This document shows, one piece after another, positions 8,831 through 18,180 of a stretch of DNA of 42,769 bases (within the stretch, counting starts at the first letter, position 1; every line of letters begins with the position of its first letter). The position numbers were made by a program, and so were the translations under genes. Origin of the DNA: Anaerolineae bacterium. Its GTDB lineage: Bacteria > Chloroflexota > Anaerolineae > Epilineales > Epilineaceae. The stretch covers positions 1 through 42,769 of the forward strand of contig JAJCYU010000237.1 of the NCBI GenBank assembly GCA_029262755.1. The letters are read 5' to 3'. Below the pieces are notes generated by a model that was not told where the DNA came from, did not search any database, and saw nothing but the letters and a program-made list of their open reading frames with translations.

Positions 8831-9111
8831 GCCGATCCCGCCGCGCTCGCTGCCGGCATGGCGACCGTGAGGCGACGGTCGATCACACAGCACGGGCTCC
8901 GATCGTGGCCACGCGCGCAGAAGTGACGTCCGCCCTTGGCCGCACAGGCCCGTGGGGCCTGAGGGGCCCGTGGTGGCGGGCAGGGATTGATCAGCGTGCG
9001 CGTTGACCCGCGATCCGATCAAGGGTGACATGGAGCGACCAGGGTGATCCTCCGAGTTGCTACGGACGGCCAATGCATGCGCTCGATGGTACACCGGGCC
9101 TGCTACCCCCG

Positions 9112-10725
9112 TCAGTCGAGCAGGAAGAACATGCGGGCGAGCGCTCGGTCGAAGGGCCCTGCGAGCCATTGGGGTGCGAATCCTGCCGCCACCAGGAGAC
9201 CCAGGAGCACCCAGACCGCCCGCTGCGCGCCGAGGTCGACGTCGGCCGGCGCGTCTTCGGGCGGCACGTCTTCGGCCGGCGCGGTGATTTGGTCCGCGCC
9301 CGTGCCGGCGGCGGTGTCCTTGGGATGGGCGCTACGCGCGGTAGCGGTCGAATCCTCCGCAGGACCGTCTCCTGCCATCGACTCCGGCGCAGGACCACGT
9401 TCGGCGACGCGATCCGGATCGTGTTCGGCGTGCGCGGCTGACGGGGCGCGCGCATCGGAACCATCCGCTTCGACCGCAGCATCGTTGCCACTTGCGGTGC
9501 CGGCGGCGCCGTCGGGCGCTGCTTCGGCGGACTCGATTCCGGCCAGGGGATCGCGCCAGCGGCGAAGGGCCGTGGCGAACAGCAGCCCGCTCGCGGCAAG
9601 GATGGCAAGGGGCACCCATTGCTTGCCGGGCAGCGGCGGCAGCTCGTCGGACGTTTCGAGTAGACGCCGCAGGACCAGCCACAGGCCGGGGAAGCCGGCC
9701 AAACCGGGGGTGCCGGCCAATGCCATGGTTGCGCCGGCCACCGCGATCCGTCGTTGGGTTCCCGACACGCGGGGCGCGACGGCCAGCAACAAGATGGCGA
9801 GGACGCGCGCGAAGAGCAGTAGGGTCACGCCGACCGCAGCAGCGCGCGACTGCGTGCCAAGGCCCACCATCATCATCCCGCTGTGAGCGACCAAGGCATA
9901 CACGAGCCAGTCATCCGGGTCCTGGCGCCGGGCGGAGACCGCGAGCCAGCCGCCGACCAGGGCGGAGAACGCGCCGCCTAGGATCAGGGGTGCGCCCGCC
10001 TGTGCCGTCAGCCAAGGGTGTTCTTCGAAGGTGCGTAGCAGCAGCACGAAACCGGCTGTCTGAACGATGCCGGTGACCCCGAGCAGCATCTCCCGCGGCG
10101 CGCCGCTTGCCACGCTGATCGTCCAGGCGTGTAGGGGCAGCAGGCCGAGCACGAGGGCGAAGCCCGGCACCGCGAGCGCCAACACGATGCGTTCGAGTTC
10201 GGGTGTAGACACGGTGCGTTGCGCGGCCAACCGGTAGGCCGGCAACAACAAGGGGACCGCGAGGGCCAACAAGGCCGTGTAGCGCAGCACCGCACCGGAG
10301 GAGGCACGACGTTCCTCCGGAGGCAGACCGAAGGCCCACAACATGCCGGCTGCGACGAAGCCGAGCAGGGCGAGCGGCAGCGCGCTGACCAGCAGCGATA
10401 GCACCAGCCCACCTAGAGATAGCCAGGCGACGGGCAGCCAATGCCCGATCACCGATGCGGACCGGCCATTGAGCGCCATCACCCAACCGAGCATGACCAA
10501 CGCGAGCAGCTGGATGCCCATCTGCGCGATGGGCGACATGCGTAGGGAGCGTCCGGCGAGCAAGGGCAACTCGACGTCCGTGACCGCGATGGAGGCGAGC
10601 ACGACGAGCGCTAGGGCCGCGATTGTGGAGAGCGGCAAGCCCCGCCTCGGTCCGAAGCGCGCGCACGCGGCGGAAACCGCGACGGGCAGAATGACGATGG
10701 CCGCGAGGACCGCCAGGCCGATCAT
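9112..10725 (-). CDS. Proton-conducting transporter family membrane protein (NuoN/MrpD/HyfF-like), divergent
   Basis: Many TM segments, with LLPLHAW (PxHxW), LVYALVAHSGMMMVGLG and LAGTPGLAGF motifs. ATGA overlap with the upstream gene. Confidence 0.7.
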   Translation of the reverse strand: MIGLAVLAAIVILPVAVSAACARFGPRRGLPLSTIAALALVVLASIAVTDVELPLLAGRSLRMSPIAQMGIQLLALVMLGWVMALNGRSASVIGHWLPVAWLSLGGLVLSLLVSALPLALLGFVAAGMLWAFGLPPEERRASSGAVLRYTALLALAVPLLLPAYRLAAQRTVSTPELERIVLALAVPGFALVLGLLPLHAWTISVASGAPREMLLGVTGIVQTAGFVLLLRTFEEHPWLTAQAGAPLILGGAFSALVGGWLAVSARRQDPDDWLVYALVAHSGMMMVGLGTQSRAAAVGVTLLLFARVLAILLLAVAPRVSGTQRRIAVAGATMALAGTPGLAGFPGLWLVLRRLLETSDELPPLPGKQWVPLAILAASGLLFATALRRWRDPLAGIESAEAAPDGAAGTASGNDAAVEADGSDARAPSAAHAEHDPDRVAERGPAPESMAGDGPAEDSTATARSAHPKDTAAGTGADQITAPAEDVPPEDAPADVDLGAQRAVWVLLGLLVAAGFAPQWLAGPFDRALARMFFLLD

Positions 10726-13142
10726 GGCACCTCCGGCTGCACGTCGGGCATGGCTTCGGCTGGGTCGTCCCCAGTGCTCGAGCCGCTGCTGACCACCACG
10801 GTTGGGCTGCTGCCGACAAACGCGGAGGCGACCACGGCGAACAGCAGCTGGACGACGGCGAGCACTCCGGTGACGAGCAGTCCGGCATCGACGAGGCCGT
10901 AGATCGCCTCGAAGCCGGTCAGGGACAGGAGCACGCCGGCCGAGAGCTCAAGAACACCCCGCGCGAACAGCACGGCGAGCAGCCCTCCCATGAGGAGCAC
11001 GATGGCCGGTGCAAGCTCGCGTCCGGCCAGGCCCGCAATATGGGTGGATTGGGGCATGCCGATGGCCACGCTGACGGCCATGGCCAGGGCGAGCACGAGC
11101 GTGAGCCGCTCGCCGTGGCGCTCTGCCAGCGCGGCGTTGGGGGCGAGCCCCCGCGCACGCAGGGCGCGCAGGCGCCGCGCCGCTTCGGCCAGCCGTCGAT
11201 CGACCGGCGCCTGCATCACGCTGATGGCCAACATGCCCGCAGCGAGCACGCCGACGAGCAGCTGCACGGCGGCCACAAAGATGGGGGCGCCGGAGAGAGC
11301 AAGGTGGAGCGCAGCCACCACATGGCCGAGCACGATCGCCCCAAGCGTCCACAGCCGGGCACGCATCAGGAGCAGCGCGCCGGTCGCGAGCGCGGCCAGC
11401 ACGATCAGCGGCCACGCGCCAATGGCCGGCCACGATCCGCCCGCCTGTGCCGGCGGCCCGAGCAACGCGGCAGCGAGCACGGCGGCGCCGAGGAGCGTGA
11501 TCGCCATGGCCCTGCGCCCCTCGACAAGCCCCGAGCGCAGTTGGGCTACGGCGCCGATTCGCAGCGTCGCCTGCAGCAGCAATTCGAATGCAGGTGCGAT
11601 CGTGAGCCCGGCACGCAGGACGCGCGGCACGGCGGTGCGGCGGGCGATGATCCGTCGCAGGGCCCAGCCAACCAAGGGCGCGATGCCGATCAACAGCAGT
11701 CGGAGCAGAACCTCGCCGACGGGACGAAGGGCATCGAGCCCCGACGCGGCGTCCTCACCAAACGGAAGCACGAGCCCGGACGCGAGCAGGCCGAGCGGGT
11801 GGGGCAACCGGCTGGCCCCGGTAGCCTGTGCGATCCAACTGATCGCGGGAAAGCCGATGCCCAACGCAAGCTCGGCCACCGCAACGCCGAGCAGCAGACC
11901 CGCCAGGGCCTTGCCGGCGCGGCGCGGCGCGGGAGCAGGCCGCCATTGCGGGCGCGCGGGCGCGGCCAGCAGCGCGGCGCCGACGACGGCGACGGCCAAC
12001 GCGGCGAGCGCCGAACGCTGACCGCGGGCGAGCAGGTTGTCGTAGAGCAGCCACCGCGCGCAGAAGCCCAACGTGGGCGGAATGCCCACGAGCGCCGCCG
12101 CAGTGAGGCGCGAGGCGAGCCGCCCGGTCTGTTGCCCGGCCAGTCCCTCTGCGCCGTGACGCACGATGCCGTTGAGTACCTGTGCAACGAGGAGCGTCAC
12201 TGCGATCGCACGCCCGATCGGATCGTTCAGGCTGAGGGCCAAGAGCACGAGACCCGCTTGCGCGGTGGTGGTCCACTCCAGGGAGCGGCTCCGATCCTTG
12301 GCCAGGAAGGCATGGGCGGCGCCGAACGCTACTGCGACCATGCCGGCGACCAGGGTCGCGCGATCGATGCCGGCGCCGCGGCGCAAGCCTTCTCCCGCAA
12401 CGAACGCCAGGTGGAGGCCCGCGATCGTAGCGGGCAGGCGGACGCCGAGAGCACGCCACGGACGGCCCTCACCACAACGGGGGACCGACCACGAGAGCGG
12501 ATACAGGCCGGCGCGGACGGCGCCGGCTGCCACGAGGTAGGCGCGTCCCGCACCGGTCAGCCCTGCCAGCGCAAGGAACAGCCCGATTTGCCCACCGAGC
12601 AGAGAGCGACGTCCCCCCTTTGCCGGCCCAGCAAGGGCAAGGTCGAACACGATCCACGCCAGCGCGAGGCCGAGCGGGGACCGGGACGCGGCGACGAACA
12701 ATGCGGCTGCGGCGGAGACGGCCAACGATGCGCGCAAGCCCCCTTCGCGGTTCGCCTCCTGTGGAGCGCGATCCGTGGCAACCGCGTCGTCCGAATCGTA
12801 CGCAAGCACGCTCTCCGCGACAGGGCCTTCGCCGATGCCGCGCAAAACCGCGACGAGCGCAGAGAGGCCAATGAGAAACAGGCACAAGGCGCTCAGGGCA
12901 TCGACACGCAGCTCTGGGCGCGCGTCAAAGACCGCACCCGACCACGGAGAGAGCGGCAACACGGCGCTCTCGCCTCCGCCCAACACCAGGGCGATGCCGA
13001 GAGCCGCCGCGCTCGCGACGGCGAGCAACGCGGCAACGGCCGGAGCCGCCACGCGCCAGCGGCGCGGCAAACGCGCGACAAGGCGAGGCCAAGATCCGAG
13101 AAACAGCAGGGCCGCCGGCGCGGCGGTCAAGGCGGCGAGCAT
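10722..13142 (-). CDS. Large polytopic membrane protein, NuoL/MrpA/HyfB-like, with an extra C-terminal membrane module (~806 aa)
   Basis: LRVDALSAL, RAGLYPL, AQAGLVLL and LVGIPPTLGF motifs resemble antiporter-like subunits. The start is moved from 13346 to ATG 13142, which removes the overlap with the upstream gene and sits 8 nt after TGcTACAAT. Confidence 0.65.
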   Translation of the reverse strand: MLAALTAAPAALLFLGSWPRLVARLPRRWRVAAPAVAALLAVASAAALGIALVLGGGESAVLPLSPWSGAVFDARPELRVDALSALCLFLIGLSALVAVLRGIGEGPVAESVLAYDSDDAVATDRAPQEANREGGLRASLAVSAAAALFVAASRSPLGLALAWIVFDLALAGPAKGGRRSLLGGQIGLFLALAGLTGAGRAYLVAAGAVRAGLYPLSWSVPRCGEGRPWRALGVRLPATIAGLHLAFVAGEGLRRGAGIDRATLVAGMVAVAFGAAHAFLAKDRSRSLEWTTTAQAGLVLLALSLNDPIGRAIAVTLLVAQVLNGIVRHGAEGLAGQQTGRLASRLTAAALVGIPPTLGFCARWLLYDNLLARGQRSALAALAVAVVGAALLAAPARPQWRPAPAPRRAGKALAGLLLGVAVAELALGIGFPAISWIAQATGASRLPHPLGLLASGLVLPFGEDAASGLDALRPVGEVLLRLLLIGIAPLVGWALRRIIARRTAVPRVLRAGLTIAPAFELLLQATLRIGAVAQLRSGLVEGRRAMAITLLGAAVLAAALLGPPAQAGGSWPAIGAWPLIVLAALATGALLLMRARLWTLGAIVLGHVVAALHLALSGAPIFVAAVQLLVGVLAAGMLAISVMQAPVDRRLAEAARRLRALRARGLAPNAALAERHGERLTLVLALAMAVSVAIGMPQSTHIAGLAGRELAPAIVLLMGGLLAVLFARGVLELSAGVLLSLTGFEAIYGLVDAGLLVTGVLAVVQLLFAVVASAFVGSSPTVVVSSGSSTGDDPAEAMPDVQPEVP

Positions 13143-13150
13143 GGCGGCGG

Positions 13151-13159
13151 ATTGTAGCA
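13151..13159 (-). promoter_or_regulatory. Extended -10 (TGcTACAAT), probable leaderless transcript
   Basis: TGCTACAAT-ccgccgcc-ATG. Same 8-nt spacing as at 436 and 463, and no Shine-Dalgarno sequence. Confidence 0.6.
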
Positions 13160-13182
13160 GCCCCCGCGCCGGCGGGCGTGGG

Positions 13183-14208
13183 TCAGCGGGTGCGGTTGGC
13201 CCACAAGAGGCGCAGGTCGGCCGACGATACGGTCCCGTCACCGTCGAGATCCGCGCCCCATCCACCGCCCACGGACTTGCGCCTGCGCAGCCACGTCCAT
13301 GCGTCGCGCGTGCCGATCCGTTCATCCCCGTCGAGATCACCGGCACGCAACGGGGTGACGCCGCCTGCGGAGAAATCGACGATCGCCACCCCGCTTCCGA
13401 GCTCGACGCCGAGCGCGCGTGCGGGCAAGAAGCCCGGCACGCGAAGCGTCACGTCGAATCGCCCGGAGAGTCCCGGCGGCAAACGCAGCGGGGGCGCGAT
13501 GCCGTCCGGCTCCGTATGGCCGATCAACGGCACGAGCGGCCGGCCGGGTTGCTCAAGCGCCACGGTGAACGCCGTCTGGTGAACGCGGCGCGTTCCGAGG
13601 CGCAGCACGACTGCCAAACCAGGTTCCGTGGCGCCTGCGACCAAACGGGCGTCCGCCTCGTTGCGTAGGGCCGCCCGCTCTTCGTCGGTCGCATCGTCCG
13701 TTCCTTCGACCAGCGCCGGGCGCACATCATCCGCGCCGGCACCCGCCGTCCCGGCGTACGCTCCCGTGAACGCGTTCGCTCCTTCCGCTTCGAACACTCC
13801 GCGCCCATTCTCTGCCGCCGCGCGATGCGCCCTGCCCTCGCGTAGGAGCGCGATCCCCGCCAAAGCCACGAACGCGGCGAGCACGGCGCGACCCACCCAA
13901 CGACGAAGCGTGGACTGGATCGCCGCTGCATGCCCATAGACGGATGTGCGGTCGGCAACGAACAGCGACGAGAGCAGCCAGATAGCGCGGCGCGCCCACC
14001 GCGGATCCGCCGGACGGTCCGAACTCTCCTCCGGCCATGGGTCGATCCATGACTGAGACCGTCTCTCGGATCGACGATCGGCTGGTCGATGGGAAGGACC
14101 GTCGAAAGGACCATCGGTCCACGATTCGGCTCGCTGGGCAGTTGGGCGAACGGCCCATCGTTCGGGTCGCCCGGCATCGCTGCGATCGGGTGGACGGGCG
14201 GGAGCCAT
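13183..14208 (-). CDS. Membrane-anchored protein with C-terminal X-module/dockerin-like domain (341 aa)
   Basis: AAGGAG lies 9 nt before the ATG. TM segment WVGRAVLAAFVALAGIALL. The C-terminus has two Ca-loop-like repeats, LRAGDLDGDERIGTRD and ADLDGDGTVSSADL, preceded by GRFDVTLRVPGFL. Confidence 0.7.
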   Translation of the reverse strand: MAPARPPDRSDAGRPERWAVRPTAQRAESWTDGPFDGPSHRPADRRSERRSQSWIDPWPEESSDRPADPRWARRAIWLLSSLFVADRTSVYGHAAAIQSTLRRWVGRAVLAAFVALAGIALLREGRAHRAAAENGRGVFEAEGANAFTGAYAGTAGAGADDVRPALVEGTDDATDEERAALRNEADARLVAGATEPGLAVVLRLGTRRVHQTAFTVALEQPGRPLVPLIGHTEPDGIAPPLRLPPGLSGRFDVTLRVPGFLPARALGVELGSGVAIVDFSAGGVTPLRAGDLDGDERIGTRDAWTWLRRRKSVGGGWGADLDGDGTVSSADLRLLWANRTR

Positions 14209-14262
14209 GGTGGCGCGCTCCTTGCGGGATTCGGCGCGGTGGTGGTCGGGTCAGACGAACCG

Positions 14263-14291
14263 AGTATAGAACATCTGTTCTGCTCTCGCAA
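14263..14291 (-). promoter_or_regulatory. Sigma70-type promoter with an embedded LexA (SOS) box
   Basis: Minus strand TTGCGA (14291-14286)-N17-TATACT (14268-14263). The perfect palindrome AGAAC-ATCT-GTTCT at 14268-14281 covers the spacer and the first base of the -10. GAAC-N4-GTTC is the LexA box of Bacillota, Actinomycetota and Chloroflexota. Confidence 0.75.
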
Positions 14292-14525
14292 TCCCATTTG
14301 TCTTCCGCTTGACATGCACCTTGACCGTGGCCTTTGCCGCCGCGCATCATGGCTCCCACCCTGGTTGCATACCGAGGCGCGAGTCGCCGACCAAACCGGC
14401 CCTTCGCGATGACGCCAGCCCGCGACCGCGACATCCGTCGTCCCAATCCCACCCACCGTCGACAGACGCCGAGGCCGCGAGGGCCGACGGTATGGGCGAC
14501 GGAACACGAACCCAGGAGGCCGCGC

Positions 14526-16496
14526 ATGAATGCCCGCCGAAACGTGGAGCGACGTGGTGGCCAGCCCGGAGGAATCGGCCGACTCGCGAAGCGCATCGCG
14601 CTCACAGCCGCCGTACTCTTCGGCCTTGTTGCGCCGCGAGGTGCGGCCCTTGGTGCATTGCCACCGGTAGCGGAACATGGTTTACCGACATGGACGGTGC
14701 ACTACGGTGGCTTCCGCAGCCTCCAGGACCTGGTGGCCGTTTCACCGGAGGAAGCATGGGGGCTGGACGCCATCGAGGTGTCGCTTGCGCCTGGGAGGCA
14801 GCAGCAGACGGCCTTCGTGCATGTGAAGGACGGCGTATGGCGTGCGGTGTCTTTCGTCTCAGGCCTGCGGCTGCGCGCTCTCGATCTCAGCGGCCCCGGC
14901 CATGGCATCGCGGTCGGGGAGGACGGCAAGCAGTGGGGCTTTGATGGCCGGGAGTGGAACGACGCGGGCACGATCGGCGACGAAGACCTGCTCGATATCG
15001 ACCTTTGGAGCGCGGAAGCCGGTTGGGCCGTCGGTGAGATCGCGAGCATATACCGATGGGACGGCACGTTCTGGTCGAAGGAGACGTTGCCGCGTGCGGT
15101 TGGGGCATCGCGCATTTTGTCCGTGAGCGCCGTCTCCCCGACGGAAGCGTGGGCGGCGACGGCCAACGGCCAGCTGCTCCACAGAACGGCGCAGGGTTGG
15201 ACCATCGACGAGAGCGCCCCCGAAACCCGTTCTTGGGAGGATGTTTCCTTCCTCACCCCGAATCATGGTTTGGCTGCAGGGCGCGTATTGGCCGAATATC
15301 GGGACGGCACGTGGCGTGAGATCGGCTCGGTGGACGTACGGTATCGCTCTCTGGCCTGGCTGGGCGACACGGCGGTGGTGCTCGGCAACGACCGACCGCT
15401 GCGCGTGCGTGACGGCGCGCTTGAGACGGTCGGGTTCGAGGCGGGCCCGTTGGGGGAGGACCTCGGCGGCCTCGTGTATCGCTGGCTTAGCGCCGTTTCC
15501 CCAACCGAAGCCTGGGTGTTCGGGCCAGGCACTACAGTGACCTCGGCGCCTTCGAGCGGGCCCGGCGCTTGGGTGTGGCCGCCCGTCAAGCAGCTGACCA
15601 CCGTCGACGCGGTTGTCGAGGGTCAGGGCTGGGCCGGCGGCATTGCGATTCGCGACGGGTTTGTCGGTGGCGACATCGAGGGCGCGTGGACCCGCAGCCT
15701 GGCCCAAGAACCGGGCACGATCGTCGAGGACATCGATCTGCTCAGCCCTGAATCGGGCTGGGCGGTCGGGCAGTTCGCCCCCCCCGGCGATCCGCTCGGC
15801 GCCGAAGGCCGGATGTGGCGTTGGCAAGGCGAGACGTGGACGCCGTATCCCATCAACAAACTATGGCGGATGACGCGCATCCAGATGCTCTCCGAGGACG
15901 AAGGGTGGGCCTCCGGCGACAACGTCATCGTCCGTTGGGACGGCGCCGAGTGGAGCCAAGTCGGCGGCGCCCCGCCCGAAGCGGCCCACGGCGATTTCTC
16001 CATCGTGCGTGGTGGCGACGAGGCCCTCGGGTTTTTCGGCGGCGACGGCCTTGTGTTCCGCATGACGGGTGACGTGTGGCAGAGCTGGTCCTTCAACGTC
16101 GCCGAGCTCATCCACGCCGTGACCGCGCCGGAAGAGGACGAAGCGTGGGCGCTTTCGCGCAACACCTTATATCGCTATGACGGTGCGTCCTGGGTCGACG
16201 CGACGCCGCGGTTGCCGCGCGGTACGATCCTGGCCGATATCGACGCGGCGGGACCAAATGACGTCTGGCTGCTCACGGAGCCGCCGGAGCTTCGTCACTG
16301 GAATGGCGCACGGTGGATCACCCACGATCTCTCGCCGTTGGGGCATCTTTCCACGCCGTTCCGACTACGCGCCCTGCGGCTCGAAGAGGACAGCCCCGCC
16401 ACCGACATCTGGCTCGCCGGCGAACCGCCCATGGTCGCGCGCTTCCATCTCAGCAAGGTCGTCTCGACGCTCTCCCTACCGTGGCTTACCCGCTGA
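14526..16496 (+). CDS. Secreted Trp-rich beta-propeller repeat protein with a C-terminal LPWLTR motif (~656 aa)
   Basis: AGGAGG precedes ATG 14526. Signal-like KRIALTAAVLFGLVA. Repeated ~40-45-aa blades of the form 'L.DID..S..(E/G)(A/G)WAVG....I.RWDG..W'. Ends STLSLPWLTR. Confidence 0.75.
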   Translation: MNARRNVERRGGQPGGIGRLAKRIALTAAVLFGLVAPRGAALGALPPVAEHGLPTWTVHYGGFRSLQDLVAVSPEEAWGLDAIEVSLAPGRQQQTAFVHVKDGVWRAVSFVSGLRLRALDLSGPGHGIAVGEDGKQWGFDGREWNDAGTIGDEDLLDIDLWSAEAGWAVGEIASIYRWDGTFWSKETLPRAVGASRILSVSAVSPTEAWAATANGQLLHRTAQGWTIDESAPETRSWEDVSFLTPNHGLAAGRVLAEYRDGTWREIGSVDVRYRSLAWLGDTAVVLGNDRPLRVRDGALETVGFEAGPLGEDLGGLVYRWLSAVSPTEAWVFGPGTTVTSAPSSGPGAWVWPPVKQLTTVDAVVEGQGWAGGIAIRDGFVGGDIEGAWTRSLAQEPGTIVEDIDLLSPESGWAVGQFAPPGDPLGAEGRMWRWQGETWTPYPINKLWRMTRIQMLSEDEGWASGDNVIVRWDGAEWSQVGGAPPEAAHGDFSIVRGGDEALGFFGGDGLVFRMTGDVWQSWSFNVAELIHAVTAPEEDEAWALSRNTLYRYDGASWVDATPRLPRGTILADIDAAGPNDVWLLTEPPELRHWNGARWITHDLSPLGHLSTPFRLRALRLEEDSPATDIWLAGEPPMVARFHLSKVVSTLSLPWLTR

Positions 16497-16503
16497 CCGA
16501 CAC

Positions 16504-17556
16504 CTACGCGCGCGGCTCCTCCGAATCAGACCCTCTCGGTGCATTCGATCCGGTCCCGTCCGTGGATGGTCCGCGCTGCGGTCCCGGCCGACGGCTCTCG
16601 GCTGCGCTCCGCCGCGGGCCCGCCTCCGACCACTCGACGTGTTGCGTAGGCCACGCGATGCGCAGGCTGTCGTGTGCTTCGAACGCTTCGAGGATCGCTT
16701 GCCACATGCGATGGGTGGCGCCGCGGCGTTGGCGCGGGTGCACGAGGTGGCGAACGGTGAGCACGATGCCACGGTCCTCCACGGCGGTGTACACCGCGGG
16801 GGTCAGCGTGCGATAGAAGATCAGGTAATCGTCCTCGGCGCCTTGCTCGATAAAGGGCTGAGCCTCCGCGAGCACCTCTTGGGCCTGCTCGTCTGCGATG
16901 CGCTTGAGGATGTCCTGGGCCGCCCGCCAGTCGCTGTCCATGCTCAGCGGAACCCGCACCTCGTTCCAGATGAAGGCGAAGCCGCGCGTGTAGTTGGCTA
17001 GCTCCCGGCTAAAGACGAGCTGGTTGGGCACATGTACGACGCGGCCCGTGCTCTGGTCGGCCTCCACCCAATTGCCGATCTCGTTGAGCGAGAACTCGAA
17101 GAGCCGCATGTCCACCACGTCACCGGCCGTCGTCCCGATCTCCACGCGGTCGCCGATGCCGAAGGGGCGCCGCCAGACGAGATAGGCCCAGCCGACCAGG
17201 TTGGCGATCGGGTCGCGCAACGCGATCGCGACGCCGGCGGATAGCAGCCCGAAGTAGGTGGCCAGGTTCTCGAAGTGCGGAAACCATATCTCGAGCACGA
17301 GGAAGGCGGCTAGGCCGACGAAGGTGTACTGCGTGACCCTTCGCCAACGGTAGCGAGCACGTGCCTCTTCGATCTTGGGCAGCACCAGGCGCAAGAGCAA
17401 CAGCCGGATCAACCACAGGCTGGCGAAGACCACGATCGAAACGAGCAACTTCTGGTCGGGGGGCATCGGACCGAGCGACTCGCCGCCGCCCCGGGCGAAG
17501 AACCAGTCACTGAGGGCGCGCGGGCCACCGCGCAGATCGGGTATCAGGGGGTCCAC
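16504..17556 (-). CDS. mscS: Small-conductance mechanosensitive channel, MscS family (start uncertain: 17592, 17556 or 17466)
   Basis: GLLSAGVAIALRDPIANLVGW, RPFGIGDRVEIG..GDVVD and VPNQLVFSRELANY motifs, preceded by three TM segments. Confidence 0.88.
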   Translation of the reverse strand: MDPLIPDLRGGPRALSDWFFARGGGESLGPMPPDQKLLVSIVVFASLWLIRLLLLRLVLPKIEEARARYRWRRVTQYTFVGLAAFLVLEIWFPHFENLATYFGLLSAGVAIALRDPIANLVGWAYLVWRRPFGIGDRVEIGTTAGDVVDMRLFEFSLNEIGNWVEADQSTGRVVHVPNQLVFSRELANYTRGFAFIWNEVRVPLSMDSDWRAAQDILKRIADEQAQEVLAEAQPFIEQGAEDDYLIFYRTLTPAVYTAVEDRGIVLTVRHLVHPRQRRGATHRMWQAILEAFEAHDSLRIAWPTQHVEWSEAGPRRSAAESRRPGPQRGPSTDGTGSNAPRGSDSEEPRA

Positions 17557-18137
17557 GCGCTCGCCGGTTCGTAGGCCATCTCCAGCTCCCAATGACTGCC
17601 GTGCTCGAAGGAGAAGCGCTTGAGCTGCCGCACCGACACGAAGCCCGCCGCTTCAAAGGCACGCTGGGCGCGCACGTTGTCCGGATAGGTGTACAAGCAC
17701 ACTTTGGCGAGGCCCAGCTCTTCCACGCCGTAGTCGCGCAACAACGCGACCGCCTCGCGCCCGTAGCCGCGGCCCCACCGGTCTCGCTCGCCGATCACGA
17801 TGCCGAGTTCCGCCGTGGCCGCCACCGCGTCGATCCGGAACAGCCCACCACGGCCGATCGCTGCCCCGTTCTCGTCGAGCACGAGGAAGAGTTGCTCACG
17901 GGGCCCATTGTGACGCGGCAGCTGCATCAAGAACAGTTCGCGGAATCGTGGATAGGGCATCTCGACGGGCCGCCCCCCGGAAAGAGAGAGCAACTCCTCA
18001 TCGCGCGACCACCGATAGAGGGCCCGCAGCTCGTCGTCCTGGAAGCCCGTTCGATAGGGGCGCAGCCGTAGGCGCTCCCCCACGAGGGTCGGCGTGGGAG
18101 GCGGTGCAGCGGCGGGAAGCGAGACAGCGTTGGCCAT
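17544..18137 (-). CDS. GNAT acetyltransferase, RimJ/RimL family (~197 aa)
   Basis: GERLRLRP, AELGIVIGERDRWGRGYGREA and YPDNVRAQRAFEAAGF motifs. ATG 18137 avoids overlap with gcvT. Confidence 0.85.
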   Translation of the reverse strand: MANAVSLPAAAPPPTPTLVGERLRLRPYRTGFQDDELRALYRWSRDEELLSLSGGRPVEMPYPRFRELFLMQLPRHNGPREQLFLVLDENGAAIGRGGLFRIDAVAATAELGIVIGERDRWGRGYGREAVALLRDYGVEELGLAKVCLYTYPDNVRAQRAFEAAGFVSVRQLKRFSFEHGSHWELEMAYEPASAWTP

Positions 18138-18180
18138 GATCGGCTCGGAGCGGGGGCGCCGGTAGCGGCGGCGCCTGCGC

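Noticed and set aside
11040..13157. 705-aa plus-strand ORF, and similar long ORFs at 26542..28836, 29446..31095, 32269..33885 and 37751..39532
   Set aside because: These are antisense shadows of well-supported minus-strand genes. They have no motifs or RBS and are expected at this GC content.
13143..13346. Longer 874-aa start for the NuoL/MrpA-like gene
   Set aside because: It would overlap the dockerin-protein gene by 164 nt. The ATG at 13142 is supported by the extended -10 8 nt upstream.
14309..14350. Plus-strand promoter (TTGACA at 14309 or TTGACC at 14321) for the beta-propeller gene
   Set aside because: TTGACA has no -10 at the right spacing, and TTGACC pairs only with a weak CATCAT, which is too uncertain to call.
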